Shown piece by piece: positions 22,648-37,050 of a stretch of 64,000 bases of DNA. The position numbers and the translations under genes are program-made. How positions within the stretch are numbered: position 1 is the stretch's first letter; each line of letters opens with the position of its first letter. The stretch spans positions 7,068,001 through 7,132,000 of the forward strand of contig CM022672.1 of the NCBI GenBank assembly GCA_012295275.1, given 5' to 3'. The stretch comes from Chrysomallon squamiferum (lineage: Eukaryota; Animalia; Mollusca). Below the pieces are notes generated by a model that did not search any database, was not told the origin of the DNA, and worked only from the letters and a program-made list of their open reading frames with translations.

Positions 22648-25600
22648 CACATTTGACCACAGACTGAAACATTCATATTTGTACTTGTCATTTGTACTTG
22701 TTACATAAGATTTCTGTAATTTAATGATTATTTGTTTGGTGTATTTTACTATTGAATATTTTTACTTTTTAGTGAATCTTTGGATCTTCATAATTGTGTG
22801 GATATAATAATTAATTAACACTATCATCAATTACATATTCTGAATATTTTGAAGTATATTAATTAGTAATGATGAGGTTTTGTTTGATTTTTATTTATTT
22901 TTATTTTTATTCTATTTTTTTCTGTTTTAATGTTTGTTTGTTTTAACTAGATTATTTATATTACTGAAATTGATATTGTGGTGTTCAGAAACTTATACTG
23001 AGACATTTCTTTCTCAGTGCCTTGTATTATGACTGCTTTGATTCTTTTAACATTTTATTTTACATATTTCTTTTTCTTTCCTTTACATTACAACCCACTG
23101 CTTTTTCTTAATTTTATGTTTTGACTTGTTTTTATTACTAACAGTGTAGATAGTTTTCAGATTTTTTGATGTTCTGATAAATCTAATGATGGTGAGGGAT
23201 TTTCTACATATTATTTACAAAATTTGACTTTTTTATCATTTACTTTTAACTATGTTATGTATATTTATTGTAGAAAATGTGGCAATTAATGTTAATATAT
23301 TTAACATCTTCTGTTACTATATTATCTAATATAGTTAATAATATGTATTATTTATATTTTATATAGACAGTATGCATGTATGTGTTCTTATAATAATAAT
23401 TTAAAAAAGCATAAAATAATTTAAAAAATAAAGAAATAAGCAAACAAAGTGGAAAATATCAACAAATTACAACAGAAAAACTGGTCAAAGTTTAATAAAT
23501 AAAACTGAGCCAAGCATTTTGTCTCTTAGAAATTGTCATCTGTCAGTAATATCAAAATAAATAATTTACATGTATATAAGTTTAATTTCAATCAAGTACA
23601 AAGGTGTTTAGACATTTCAAAACAGAAATGTCAAGTGTTGTTTTATCTAGAAAAGATGAATTCTTCTTGATATGAGTTTTAATTCAAGTAGTGATAATTA
23701 AATGTTGACAATTAACTTGAAGATGTACTAATGTGACAGATTTTTTGATTTTCTACCTAATCACCTAAATACAGTTTCTTTACACACTACATGTAATCAA
23801 CATTTCCTGACTGATTTGATGCTGTGAGTCTCTGAAAACAAGAGTACAGTGATTTTGGTATTGAGTTAGAAAATTATTTGATCCTGTACTATCATGTGAC
23901 TGAATCAACTCTACAACAACAAATTAAGGGTAACTGCTGAATTTTATCTCTCACTGTTATTGTATATAGGTGATTAGTTCATGTTGGTGTTTTCAAGAAA
24001 GCTGAATGATTTAAACAAGTTATTCATATATTTAATGTTTCTTTTCTTTTTTTCTTATTTTTTTTAAATTAATTTTTTATTATATTCCATAGTAATTTAG
24101 TACACAAAGACAGTTACATTCATTCATACATACATACACAGTCATGCACACATGAAACATACATATATATATATAAACAAATTTTATCATTTATACATCT
24201 GTTAAGAGTTTATTATATTATATTATCTGTGTGTATACAAAATTTGATTACACAGTCTTTAATATTTTTAAATCATGGACAACAAATAACTTCAAAAATG
24301 AAGATCTAATGAAATTGTTTTAAATCAATTTTTATATAAAAATTTGAAATTCAGATGTTCTTAAATTATATATTTTTATAGCTGTTTATTATTTAAACTG
24401 AATATTGCTGAGAATTTTAAATTTTCTTTAAATGTAACAGCAAACGGGCAGTAATTTTATGATTGTTATTTGCATACATGGTTTTAACAATATTAAAAGA
24501 CATTGAAAAATTAATATTCATTAGTATCATCATTTATATTTAAGCAGAATGTTGTATTTAATGTCTATATCTCTCTCACTTTTAAATCTTTGTTTATGCA
24601 TAATGATGAAATGAAAAAGGAAACCTGTTTCAGCCATATTTACCTTCAATGACTGCAACAGATATTTTAAGTAAACCTTGACATAAACAGAAAAATTCAT
24701 GTCACAACTTTTATAATTTGTTTAAGATTTGAAACAAAGTAATTAAACAAGATTTTTTCATTATTCTTGTAATTGCTATTAATGGGTGAAAAGCTAAAAC
24801 ATAAAAACTAAACTTTTTAGGATTACTGTTTTGCTACAGACTTGATTTTGATTAATGTAGAACAGACCATTTTTTTACTATTTCAAATCACAATGAGTTA
24901 TAATGGGCAATAGTACCTGTATGTGCATTACTGTTAAATCAAAGATGTATTATAAATGATCTTGTGTAGCTAGTGAAGAAGTGAAATGGGTTTTCTCTGT
25001 GTCAGCAACAACAAAAATATATATAATCACAGAGTTTTGCTTCTTTTAAAGGTGTTATTTGTTTGTTGTAGTTTCATTATTGTTGTTTTCTGTTTATGTC
25101 CTTTGTTTATTTATTTTTATTTTTTTTCTTATTTCTTCTAGTTAAGCTTGATTAAACAACAAAAACATTTATGAAATGGTTTAATACACTTTTTGTTTGT
25201 TTGTTTTTAAATATTTAATTTTCTTTATTTTCTTTATTTACCTTATTTTTAATTAATTTATTTATTCGTTTATTTATTTATTTATTTTTTTTATTTTTTA
25301 CTGATTTTCTTATAATATATTACTATTTGAGTTTATTATTTCTGTACAATATTTATATACGAAAATATTCTGAAGAATATTTATTTATCTTTAATCTTCT
25401 ATATAGTTTTGTTTTAATAGTTTTAACTGTTAAATGAAAGAGTACACAGTTACCATAATTGTTTATGAAGCTATATTTTAAAGAGGAGGCAAGATATTCT
25501 ATACAGACTGGTTTGATTTGAAACAAAATGATTTCATGTTGATCAGAAATATTTGTTTAGAAGATATGAAGAAATTTGAATTTAAAAATTTATTTTAAAT

Positions 25601-25797
25601 AAATCAGATGAAAAATGATTCATTAAAAAATGGTAAATAATTTCAAATTTATTGAAACAATAGCATTAATTGAAACTTGATAAACGCTTTGAGAAAAATT
25701 ACAATCCAGTCGTGCATAAACATTTTACAGTGCAGTCATTTTCTTCACGTGTTTAGGAAATCTAGAAATTAAGATTGTAATATGTGTGTGGGTGTGT

Positions 25798-26422
25798 GTG
25801 CTACTTTGGCATGTGATCTACAACTTAAAGGGCGATCTACAGCAAAGAAATATATATATATAGAAGAAAATTTCTACAATGTAAGAGGAAGATCTTAAAA
25901 TCCTTAAAGACTAATGCATGATGCATCTATAAGAACATCATATCCACGGACGCTTCATTTCTGAGTACATGTACGATTTTATATTCATTCCGACGAATAG
26001 CCAGAATACTCAAATTTAAATCGTCTAAATTTCCAATACTCAACCAATTCAAAGGACCTGGTCGGATTTGAAAATTTGTATTTTGAACAAGATGAGAGGA
26101 GTGAAGCAAAGAACCTTCCAATCACAACTTGATTATTTCTGTTGGCTACAGATGACGAAGAATGCTGAAGATGTTTTACCTGCGTTTCTAGCAGATGTTC
26201 CTTTAATTCATCGATAAAATTATTCAAATAATAAGTATACTTTTTAGCCGTTGTTTCTATAAATTATAAATATATAACAAAAGAAAAATATCTGCCGTTA
26301 ATTTATGCCGTGAAAAATAATAATAAAAAAACAAAAATAACAAAATAATAATTAAAATAAGCGCGTAGATGACACATCTAAGTAAAATTTGCATGTTGTA
26401 GATCACACGCCAAATAGCACCG
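25798..26422. mobile_element. Putative non-autonomous TIR element (MITE-like), copy 2
   Basis: Same inverted termini as 206-230/797-822, at 25798-25822 and 26397-26420. Confidence 0.5.
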
Positions 26423-27213
26423 TTAATTAAAGTGATCAGTGTAATATCTGCTTTGAAAATTATAAAACGTTTAATTTCACCTGTATTTCATTACTTGGTA
26501 ATAAAGATAACATATAGAAATTTGTGATTGACGTTTGTTTCTTAATTCACTCTTGCTGTTTCAATGTAACATGTAAACTATTTTGTAAAACTTGACTTAA
26601 CTATTAAACGTTCCATATTTTATTTTCCTACGTGTTATAATAAAGCTTTAGTAATCAGATAAATATCACACGTACCAGTGAATGAAATGTGCAGTACTTG
26701 TATATTTATATAACTTTAACACATTTCTACTACTTATTTGATTTATTACTTTTTGGATCCACCGACTTGAATTCTATCATGTACGAAAATAAAAATAACT
26801 GAGATTTGGTTATTTTTAATCTTATTATTTTCCTGTCAGTTTATATGTAAACAATGTAACTACATCTCGAAAATAATGTTTCGTATCCGTTATGTTGCCG
26901 TCATCCATATTGTGAAATAAATTTTCGTTTAGTATGCAATTCAATTTATTAATCAAAATTTGTACGCGAAGGAAAGCTCCGGCTGTATAACGCTGAAGCA
27001 GGGTCTTTTGTTCAAACATCGGGTTGAATACATCAATGTTTTTGGAACCATGTCTGAACTGGCACAGTCTTTGTTCAAGTTGTCGAAGTCATTCCACATA
27101 CTTAGACATTTCTCGTTGATGTGGCAATCGTTCTTGACCGAGTCTAACTTGTCTGACACTCTCGATGAAACGCCGTATGGTATCAGAAAATAGCTTCTTC
27201 AAATCGTCTAGAT

Positions 27214-29066
27214 CAGGGGCAGGCAAACATTTTAAAACAGAGGCAGGAACGATCTTATATGAAGAGCATGAGGGCTAGAATATGAAATGAAAACAAAAAA
27301 TATTTCAAAACGTGTATTTTATGTAAACATAAATTCACTTTTAATGAATGTTAGAAGAGTTAATGAGATGGGTGGTTTTGCATACCATGAAGCAGCGATT
27401 CAATGTCAGCGGAAAAGAAGTGCGGAACTTATTTAATTCATCATTGCATTGCGTATCTACCAACTCTATCTGCAAGGAAGCCGGGGAATCAGCCACTGGG
27501 ATTTCAAAAGGGGTGCTAAACAATTTGAAATGTGCAGATAGTGGTCGGATACCTCCAAAACGAGAGATAAATTCTTTCCGGATTGACATCATGACTGCAG
27601 CACCAGTCTTCAAGTCGATATCAGGAAATGATTAAGCAGCAAGACGAGGATAAATGCTGAAATTGACCATTAGACAACTGGGATTCCCACAAGCGTAGTT
27701 TTGACTTCAAATGCTGTGACATCTCTGGAACAAGAATGTCCTTACCTTGCAAACTGACATTGACAATTTTGAGGTGTGTGGTGATATGCGTGAGAAAAGC
27801 CAAGCGGGCAACCCATTTTTGGTCTGTAAAATTATCAGCATAAGGGAGGTTCTTCTCATGATGAAAGGTGAAAATTACTTGTTGCAAGTCCCCTACACGA
27901 GACAGCGTGGCTCCACGAATCAGCTAGCGCACTTCAGAAAACTAGATCAGGTCACCGCGCATTGACTTCGTCCATCAAAATGTACCAGGAACTGGCGATA
28001 TTTCAGACTGTGACTGATATTTCTGATTGTGTCCCAGAGCCTCACGAGCAAAGACGTCGCACCTTTATTCTCTCCAATCATTGTCGGTGTCCCATCAGTT
28101 TTTACACTTAGAAGACGTGAGAAATCAAGAGAGTAATGCTCCACAGACTGAAGTAAGGCACTAAACATGTCTTTTCCACTGGTGGTGTCATGTAATGGAT
28201 CAATCTCCAAAAACTTTTCATGCACCTCGAGGGCAGAAGTCACACCACGTATGAAAATAGCCAGTTTGGGTGTGTCTTTCATATCAGTGCTCTCGTCAAG
28301 ATCAAGAGAGAAGGCGACAAAGGTCGAGTACTTACTCTTTAATGAGTCTTGCACTGTCTGACTATCTTCTCAACTCAGCGACCAACAGTACGAGACGACA
28401 GACTCATATTTTCCATGACTGAACGTTGTTCTGGGCAGACAGAATTCACCACAGAAATGAGACATTCCTTGACAGAGTCTTCATCAGAAAATGGCTTTAT
28501 CCTTTGAGCAAGGAGTAGTGAAACTTCGTAACTGCCCCGTGCCACTTTTTCATGCTGAGATATCTGTTTACGAAACATCAAAGTGCCCTTTTCGAAATTG
28601 TCTGACAGTTTTGCGATGGTATCCTTTTTCTCCGTCCACTTAGAGTTGAATATCCACTTTTCTCCGTTTTAAATGCGAGGTTGCGGACATGATTGACTGG
28701 GGGAAAATGATAGATAGTAAAAAGCAAAAATGCAAAAACCAGTTCTGTTCGTGACAGCAAGAAGTTAGCGTTGTTCAATTCGGCCGCGTGTGTAAATGAG
28801 ACATCGTTATAGTTTGCTAATTTTCAATTGAGTGAAGCAGGCAGCCATTAAAAATTCGGATGCAGGCACTACTGATTCGACGAGCACCTTCGAGACGCCT
28901 TATATTTTAAACCTGAGAGTGACTTGAATTCAAAAATAGCTGTGTCAACTGATTTATTTCATTTACTTTTATTTTGCTGTCTCGCGGGCCGGATGACAAT
29001 GTTAATTGTGAACATTCTGGCGGGCAAGCAATAAAACCTTCGCGGGACGAAGTTTGCCCGCCACTG
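27214..29066 (-). mobile_element. hAT (Charlie/Buster) DNA transposon with both TIRs and a TSD; transposase pseudogenised
   Basis: TIRs CAGGGGCAGGCAAAC and (revcomp) CAGTGGCGGGCAAAC match at 13/15. Perfect 8-bp TSD GTCTAGAT at 27206-27213 and 29067-29074. Fragments FSLDLDESTDMKDTPKLAIFIRG, TDGTPTMIG, FKLFSTPF resemble GTF2IRD2/SPIN transposases. Confidence 0.92.
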
Positions 29067-29191
29067 GTCTAGATAAATAAATAAATGAAGGGAAATAACT
29101 GGCCTTTAAAATATTTATTTCTGTTAAAAGTAAATAAAATTTAATTTACTTCTTGCTTTCGTAAATTGCCCCACTTTCCATATTTCACTCA

Positions 29192-29229
<38 letters not shown>

Positions 29230-29367
29230 TGCGTGCGTGTGTATGTTCGTATAAGAGCGCTTCTGAAATTTGAATTTACCGCCGCCAAATTCGATAATTA
29301 TGTTGATTTCCGGAATTGAGAGTTATCGATCTTTAGTCGATCAAAGTCCGATAGCAAGCTTTTCCTT

Positions 29368-29383
29368 GTTTCACTTTCGTTTT
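29368..29383 (+). promoter_or_regulatory. ISRE/IRF-binding-like element, copy 2
   Basis: GTTTCACTTTCGTTTT, identical to copy 1, upstream of the donor CAG|GTAACC (GT at 29450). Confidence 0.6.
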
Positions 29384-29869
29384 ACTCGATTTGTTCATTT
29401 TGCTGGAAGAAATCGGTTTTAATCCAGATCTTTCAAAGAACAGAAACAGGTAACCAACTTCAATCCCGAACTGCAATGATTAAATGCAAACAAATGTTCG
29501 AAATTTCTATGCTTCTCGTGAAAGTGCTTTGATCAGACCGAAGAAATCTGCTTGTGAAGACATTTTAGCAAAGCTAATCAAATTTTCATTTAAGCACCAA
29601 TATTTAAGTTTTATAATTGTTATTTTCAATAACGTTTATCTTTAATTATTTTCTTCTTGTTATCATGTATTTATTTATTTAAATTTGCTATAGCAGCTGA
29701 AAATATCACTACAGGTTATAGCGAATTACGTTCACATTGTTATTAATGCATTGATGAGTATGAAGGCAAAATCTAAAAACATTTCAGAATACTTAATGGT
29801 TATGTACACTAATCTTGACTAATGAATGAGTAGATTTTCCACCATAGCACTTTGTTTATGGAACAATAA

Positions 29870-29936
<67 letters not shown>

Positions 29937-32900
29937 TTGTTTTTTTGCTTGTTACTTTTCTTGATTTGTATTTCTTTTGTAATAATGTAATACTGCAATT
30001 ATATAGAATCTTTTCATCACAAAGTCTCTTGATTGTGTGTGTCTGAAGGCCATATTAATCCTGCTTCTAGAAAAATGTTATTTCTTTTAATATTATACAA
30101 AATGCAGTATATGTTGAAAAATGACAATAATGAAAATGAACATGAAACTCAGCAGCTAGTCTTCTTAGCACAACAGATTAACAATTAAAATGTTTATTTT
30201 ATATGTTTATATTTGTAGACTGTCATGATGAGCAGGTAGGATGTAATCTTCTTTTCAGTGTATATTATTTATTGTTTATACTTATTCCAACATAATGTTA
30301 AAACACATTATCTACACAGTTATGTTTGGTTTCAGTATGTGACTGAATGTTTAATGGACTGAGATGTCTGCAAAGCACAGAAATACAGATTTATTTTACA
30401 AAGACAATGAACACAAGACCATCGAGGTCCGAGGTTTCCTAGCAGAAACAAGTGATGACACACTTAAATGTTATTTTGAAAATCCTAGGAAAGGTGGAGG
30501 AGAAATTACAGACTTCCTCAGGTTTGATGACAATAAAGTTGCATACATCACCTTTGCCGATGCTCAGGGTAAATAAGTATTATTGTCTTTTACAATATGT
30601 ACTTGTATACATATATATTAACATATTGGTTGTTTTTGTCTGTGTACTGGTAAAGTCTAAGAGCTAAAACAAATAACCAGCAGGACTTTTTTCTCCCAAA
30701 CTGTATATGATAATAAATGTCCACTGATTATAAAGAAATAGATTATAAACTCTCTATTTTTTCTCCACTATTTTATCGTTATTGAAGATAACATTATTAT
30801 TTCATTTCATTATTCTTCAGTTGCCCAAAACATTGTTGGACAACCTCACAAGATTGACAATGTTGGACTTCGAGTACAGCTCATCAATCAACCTGCTGAA
30901 CAAAAACCTCTTCTCCTGTACAGTGACAGGTTATTAATTAGTGGTATTAATGAATCTACTACAAAAGATTGTTTGATAAATTATCTGGAAACCAGAAGTG
31001 ACTGTGACATTGCTGATAACAACATTGTGTTTGGAGACAAGAAGGGACATGCAGTTGTCATTTTTGATCAAATTCCAGGTGAACTTTCTGTTGTTACATA
31101 TTCAGTTTTTTCTTCATTAGTTTGTTGTGTTTTATTCCTTTGTCTTTTCCTGTCTATTATCCTTACCAAAATGTATTTTTCTCAGAGTAGCTAAATGAAA
31201 ATACTAGAAATCTATCAACAGAGATAGGATTGTATTGTCCACTGAAATGTTTAAAATATTTGACAGCTTTGTGAAAAATGAAAACTTACTAAAAATATAT
31301 TTGCTTTATAAAACAAGAATTTCTGCTGATTAAATGATTTATAGCATTCCTATTTTGTGAGTTAAAAAAAAGAAAACATTTTAATTTTTATTTCTTTATG
31401 ATTAAATACAGCTTTAATGTTTATCACTTGTTGTTGTTCAGCATTCAAATCAAATATAAATGTTGATATAATTTTGAAGAAGTCATACAGCTGGATTATA
31501 AATGTTATCTCAGTAACTTTGTGACTGTCAGAAATTCTCATATTTCAGTGAAATTCTTTCCATGATATAGGTCATCATAGGTAGATAAAATGTGTCAAAA
31601 GCTGCATGATTCATGTTTGTAATAACGTAGTAACTTGGCTCAACATTGAGCTGGTTAGATAATTATTGACTCTGATGAAAAAAACTATTATTAATTAAAA
31701 GAGAAAAATCAAAAAAAGTGGATTGGCTAAATAGGTAATGTCACAGAAAAAGAATAATGATAACAGATACACACAAGGTATACATGCCTATATCTAAGTT
31801 TAACATTTCAAAAATTTGGTTAAATTGATAGTTATGATACATGAGCTGGAAGATTCCCTTATAAAAAAGACCTGGAAGATATAATTTAATGAAGATCTGA
31901 TTGACCAGTGCTGTAGAAATGAAAGTTTACAATGAATGACCCATTTTACCTATGGGTTTTGATAACTTTTTTCTTCTGTTACTATTAATTATTTTCATAA
32001 TTCTTTTTTCTTATCTCTTTATTTTATAAATCAAAGTGGTACACTACATTGCTTTTTGCCTTCTTCAGACGTGGAGAAACTACAAGAAAAATGTGCTAAA
32101 AAATCACTAGAAGGATCACAACTGACAGTCAGCCAGATTCCAGTTAATCCTGTGATCATTGTGCGAGGTCTAAGTGAGAACACTGATGAAGAGACGCTGT
32201 GTAACTATTTTGAAGGGAAAGGTTCGGGGAATGTGGCAGGTGTTGAGGTTGACAAAGTGAAGATGATGTTTGATGAAGGTTACTGCCTTGTGTATTTCAA
32301 AAACTATTCAGGTAAAATAATTCAATTCACTGAAAGACCATAGTTTCCATTGCATATCTTAAATTATGATAAGCATTTTCTATTTGTTGTTATATGCAAA
32401 ATGTATCTGAAATATTTTAATTGATATCTGAAATGACACGTATTGTCTTTCCAGTAATTGAACAGATCCTGACTGTAGATAAAGATAAAGGTCACAGGCT
32501 TAATGATGCTCATCTCGATGTTTCTGTTTTCTACGAATGTCTGTTTGTTGAGCGAGAAGATGACAAGTTGTTTAACAGACCAGCTCCTCTGGTGATTAAG
32601 AATCTTGATAAATCTAAAGTAAATTTTATCAAAGAATCAAAATTATCAAAACAACTACTTGAGAAAGGCTTTGATACCATAACTCTCAACTTTGACTTGG
32701 GAATTCAGCACTTTATGCAGCAGTTTTGCCAGACTGAAATAATTCAGATAATGTCAGACTTGAAAGATCTGCTGGTACAAATAGAGTATACATCTGATGG
32801 TAATGAATTTATAATAACAGCTACAAAGAAGGGAATAAGTTCAGCAGTGAAAAGACTGGGTGATTTGGCCAGTACAGTCAAACAGAAAAATCATACACAC

Positions 32901-34313
32901 AAAAGGCCAGGAGTAACAAAAGTTCTCCAGTCACAGAGAGGAATTCAGTTTATTGCTGGTCTTGAACAAAGAGAAAGGTGCATTATTCAAGTAAAATGCA
33001 ACAGCAGTACAAAAATATCTGAAGAAAAACCTCAAATGTTCCACGGTAATGTTCTTTTGTCATGTATTCAAAAGACTTTTTTTTAAAATTATTAATTAAT
33101 TAATTAATTAATTTATTTATTTATTTATTTAATTTATTTATTTATTTATTTATTTTTAAAGAAAAACAAATTAGCTGAATTTTTCTTCTTTGAAACTGTA
33201 ATTGTTTCCTTCTGATTTACTGTTGAATATAATTTCACATTTTGCTTTACAAATTTCAAGGTAAAAAGGTAATAGAAGGATATTCATTTAAGAAATCTTT
33301 TAATATCATCTTTATTTTTTCTGTAGTTGTCTTTTTTGTAATTGTTGTTGTTCTTGTTCTTTAATATAATTTATATATGGCTAATTTCAGTATGTCAGAA
33401 AATATTTTTTCTCACTAAATTTCTTTCATTGCAAATGGTGATAGATTTTTCTATAAATGTTTTTGATGTAGAAATGGTGGAGTCATCACATGTGACTGAT
33501 ACAAACCAACTTGAATTTGAAAATGAGAACTCAGTAGAGGTATGAATTCTCCTTATTTTTCAAATGTGTTTATGATTTAATGTATTAATCTTTTACATTT
33601 GTCTACTTTCAAAAAGTTATGTTTTTCTAAATTATTGATATTTATATTCATTTGTTTGAATAATTTTTAATTGTTCCCAAGCAGACAAAAAGCATGGTGT
33701 TTCTGGCTCACCCAGAACTGATAGACAAATCTTAAAAACAAAAGACTTGTCTATCTTAACTTTGGACGAAATTATTTAAAAAAAAAAAACTTCATGTAAT
33801 TAATTACCTGAATGAAAATGCTGTGAAATAAAAAATAAAGGATCTGTATTTACACCTTTTTTAAATAATGTGTGTCTGTTTGTATGTGTATTTGCTTGTG
33901 TGTGTATGCAAATTAAATACATATATATATATATGTTTAACATTTTTTTTTTCTGCTCTGGAAGTTGTAATTAGGACATATTTTTTGAAACATGGCCACA
34001 CATTTAACATTTTTAAATTTTCAGTCCAAAGCAAATTTTACAGCAAGTTAAGCACTTTTAACTGTCCCTACATTTCTCAGTATGTATTAGTCAATTAGAA
34101 TTTAATCTGTTTATTAAAAAGCAAATACAAATGCAGTTATTAATTGCTAGATAATTCTTTGAATTCAAATCATAGCTATGGTGTTGGTACATATTGAGAA
34201 ATCTAATAAAGTCAAGTCAACAATGTCAAGTATTTCAAATAATTAGTTATATTATTTGCTTCAATAAATATGGTTATGAGATTAAACTTTGGTTTCTTTA
34301 AGTTTTAATTTTT

Positions 34314-34344
<31 letters not shown>

Positions 34345-34386
34345 GGAATTAAGCAAAAATTTAAGTTAAAAAAAAAATGTCTAGAC

Positions 34387-35330
34387 CAGTGTTTCCAAAC
34401 TGTCTTTGAGCCATGAATCACATTAACTCCTCAAAGATTTTTCTGTCCACTTTGTCATAAAATGCAGCCGACTTCTGAAGAAAAAGTATAATACAAAAGC
34501 CAACATAGAGCTAGTCATAAGAGATATTCTTTATATAGATTTCCATTATTTTTTTTTTTTTAAATTTAAATATAATATTTATTATAATATTTACTCTGTG
34601 TTTCCAATTATTTTTTACTCAAAGGATCAAATAAAAATAGGATATTTTTTTCCTTATTATTGTTAGTGACACATTTCTCACCAACAAAATGATTACTTCT
34701 TTGGTCAAAAATAGGTTAAGATGCACAATGCTGCAACATTATTCTTTTCATATGACATAATATGATGTCATCTAACCAAACACATTATGTTATTTAAAAA
34801 AAAACATCCATCAGTCATGCAAATCTGTGTAAGCTGATTGTCGGCTGCAGTCAAAATGATGACACTGCCGACCTAGGGAACACCACTGACATGGATGCCA
34901 AACTAGTGGTTATTGCTGACACCATAGCGTCAACCAATGTCATAATCACCACTGTTTAGTTTTGTTTTGTCAGCATTTTTGGGGAACATGTCCAATCACT
35001 TTCATGTGTGGAAAAATGTTTAAAAATTAGTCTTTTTTTTTGTAACTTTAACTGTCATATATTAATATTTTTTGTACAGTTTGATAATCAACAGAATCAT
35101 TCCTGTTGACACCACCATATAATACAACGTATTTCACAAGCATTAATTCATAATACGTTTATGGATGATAAAGGTGGTCAATATATAAAAGTAAACAATA
35201 ATAGGTTACAGCTGAAAATGTGATGAGGGGGATAATTTCTGATAAAATTTGATGCAGAAAAAATAAGAAGTATTAATTAAATGGCAGTATCCAGTACAGC
35301 CATAACTAATTTGTCTTAAAACCTGTCAAA
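34387..35330. mobile_element. ~950-bp copy-2-specific intronic insertion starting with a hAT-like end
   Basis: Absent at the matching site of copy 1 (~9515). Begins GTCTAGAC|CAGTGTTTCCAAAC, a Charlie-type target site and terminus. The right end is not clear. Confidence 0.4.
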
Positions 35331-37050
35331 GTTTATGAGTGGCTTTTTCATTTCTTTCACATCTTCACAGCTGATTGATCTGACAGATAGTTTCTGTCAT
35401 ATTCTGGCTCAAACTGATAAGGAACTACTCCTTTTGTATTTTCTTCCTCTTCCTCATCAACTGAAATACCATTTGAATGCAGAAAACAGTCATGAATAAT
35501 ATATTTACAGACAAAGGGGCAATTCTGAAAACTGTTTGTGATAATTGAACAGTGGATGTGTTTATAGTCAGTTCCCCATACAGAGTAGTCAAAACAAAAG
35601 TGTATATTTCATAAAATAACTGATGTCACCATCTAATTCTTCAGTAATCCAGCATGTGTATGATTCCATTTATATATTTGTATTTACATGATATAAATTT
35701 CTTTGTCAACTTTTAACAGAATAAAAGTAATATCTAATAAAACACAAATATTTGTGTTTCATCTTATTTGAATATTTATTTTGTTAAATGTTGATAAAGA
35801 AATTTGATCATTCATCTGTGTATATGTATATAAACCTCTCTTAATTTTTTATTTAATTATTTCATTGAATTTAAAATAAAAAATACTTGTATAAAACTAC
35901 TGATATAAGAATTTTAATTTCAGCATTCTGTACAAGGTGACAGTGGAGTACACACTGATGCAGGCTTGTCAGGTGATCAAAAACCAACCCGTAGAAACAG
36001 AATATTTAACCATCCATCCATGGCAACAGGTACATATTAATATAAATATTTGTAACAAATAAACATTATCAGTCATTTAAGAACAGCACAATTTTACTAA
36101 ATCCATTATGAATATGGCAGTAGGTGCTAAATTTTAAACAGAACAAAACAATCCAAACTGTATGTCTCTTGGTCAAAAGTTATAGCTATTTTATTAGTAT
36201 CTACTAAATGGGACAAAAATTAGAAAACCCTCTTTAAAGATGACCACCAAAATGCACATAGTTAACAGTCTGAAATGTCCTTCAACTGACTATGTAAACT
36301 TCAGACATCTCATTTACTTTCTTTGTAATATCAATACTGTTCTAGTTGAATTTGTATTTGTATGTTTTTATTTTTAGCTCAGTTTGGTGAATGTTGCCAT
36401 GAAAGTAAAGATGTTTCTGAGGTAAACAGACAAATTGGTCGTTATGACGATATCTCAGCAATTTCTCTTTGCTACTTCTCTGATGAAATTCATCATGCTG
36501 AACAATGCATTCAGTTCATAGAAAAATTTTGTGCAGAGGAAACGACAGAAAAAAAATTAGAAGATAAAACACTGAAAATACTGAATTCATCACAGGTGCC
36601 ATGTCTTAATATTTATTTTCAAATTGTCGATATGCAGTGAAAATCAGTTTCAATCAGCTGTAAACATCATGTGTTTTATATCCAAACAAGTAAAATACAT
36701 AAATGAAAAATAAATTAAAGTCAATAAAAAGAAAAAAAAAAAATAATAATAATAATAATAATAATAGTAATAATAAAATATAAAATCAGAAAAGATTAGG
36801 CTTAACTTGAACAAATCAAAACTTACTCATTTCTCCTTCAGCATTTTATTAGGTTTCAAATATTTGTCTAAGAACATCATCACTTAATTACCTAACACTT
36901 GGAAACTATTGATTTCATGTATGTCACCGTAATAAAGACAAGTATCATTTTATGTTTTTTCTTAATCACTGAAGTGTCTTCTTATTTTCTAGAAGGAAGA
37001 CTGTGATATCTGTGTAAAAATGATCATATTTTGTACCTTTTTTATTTAAG

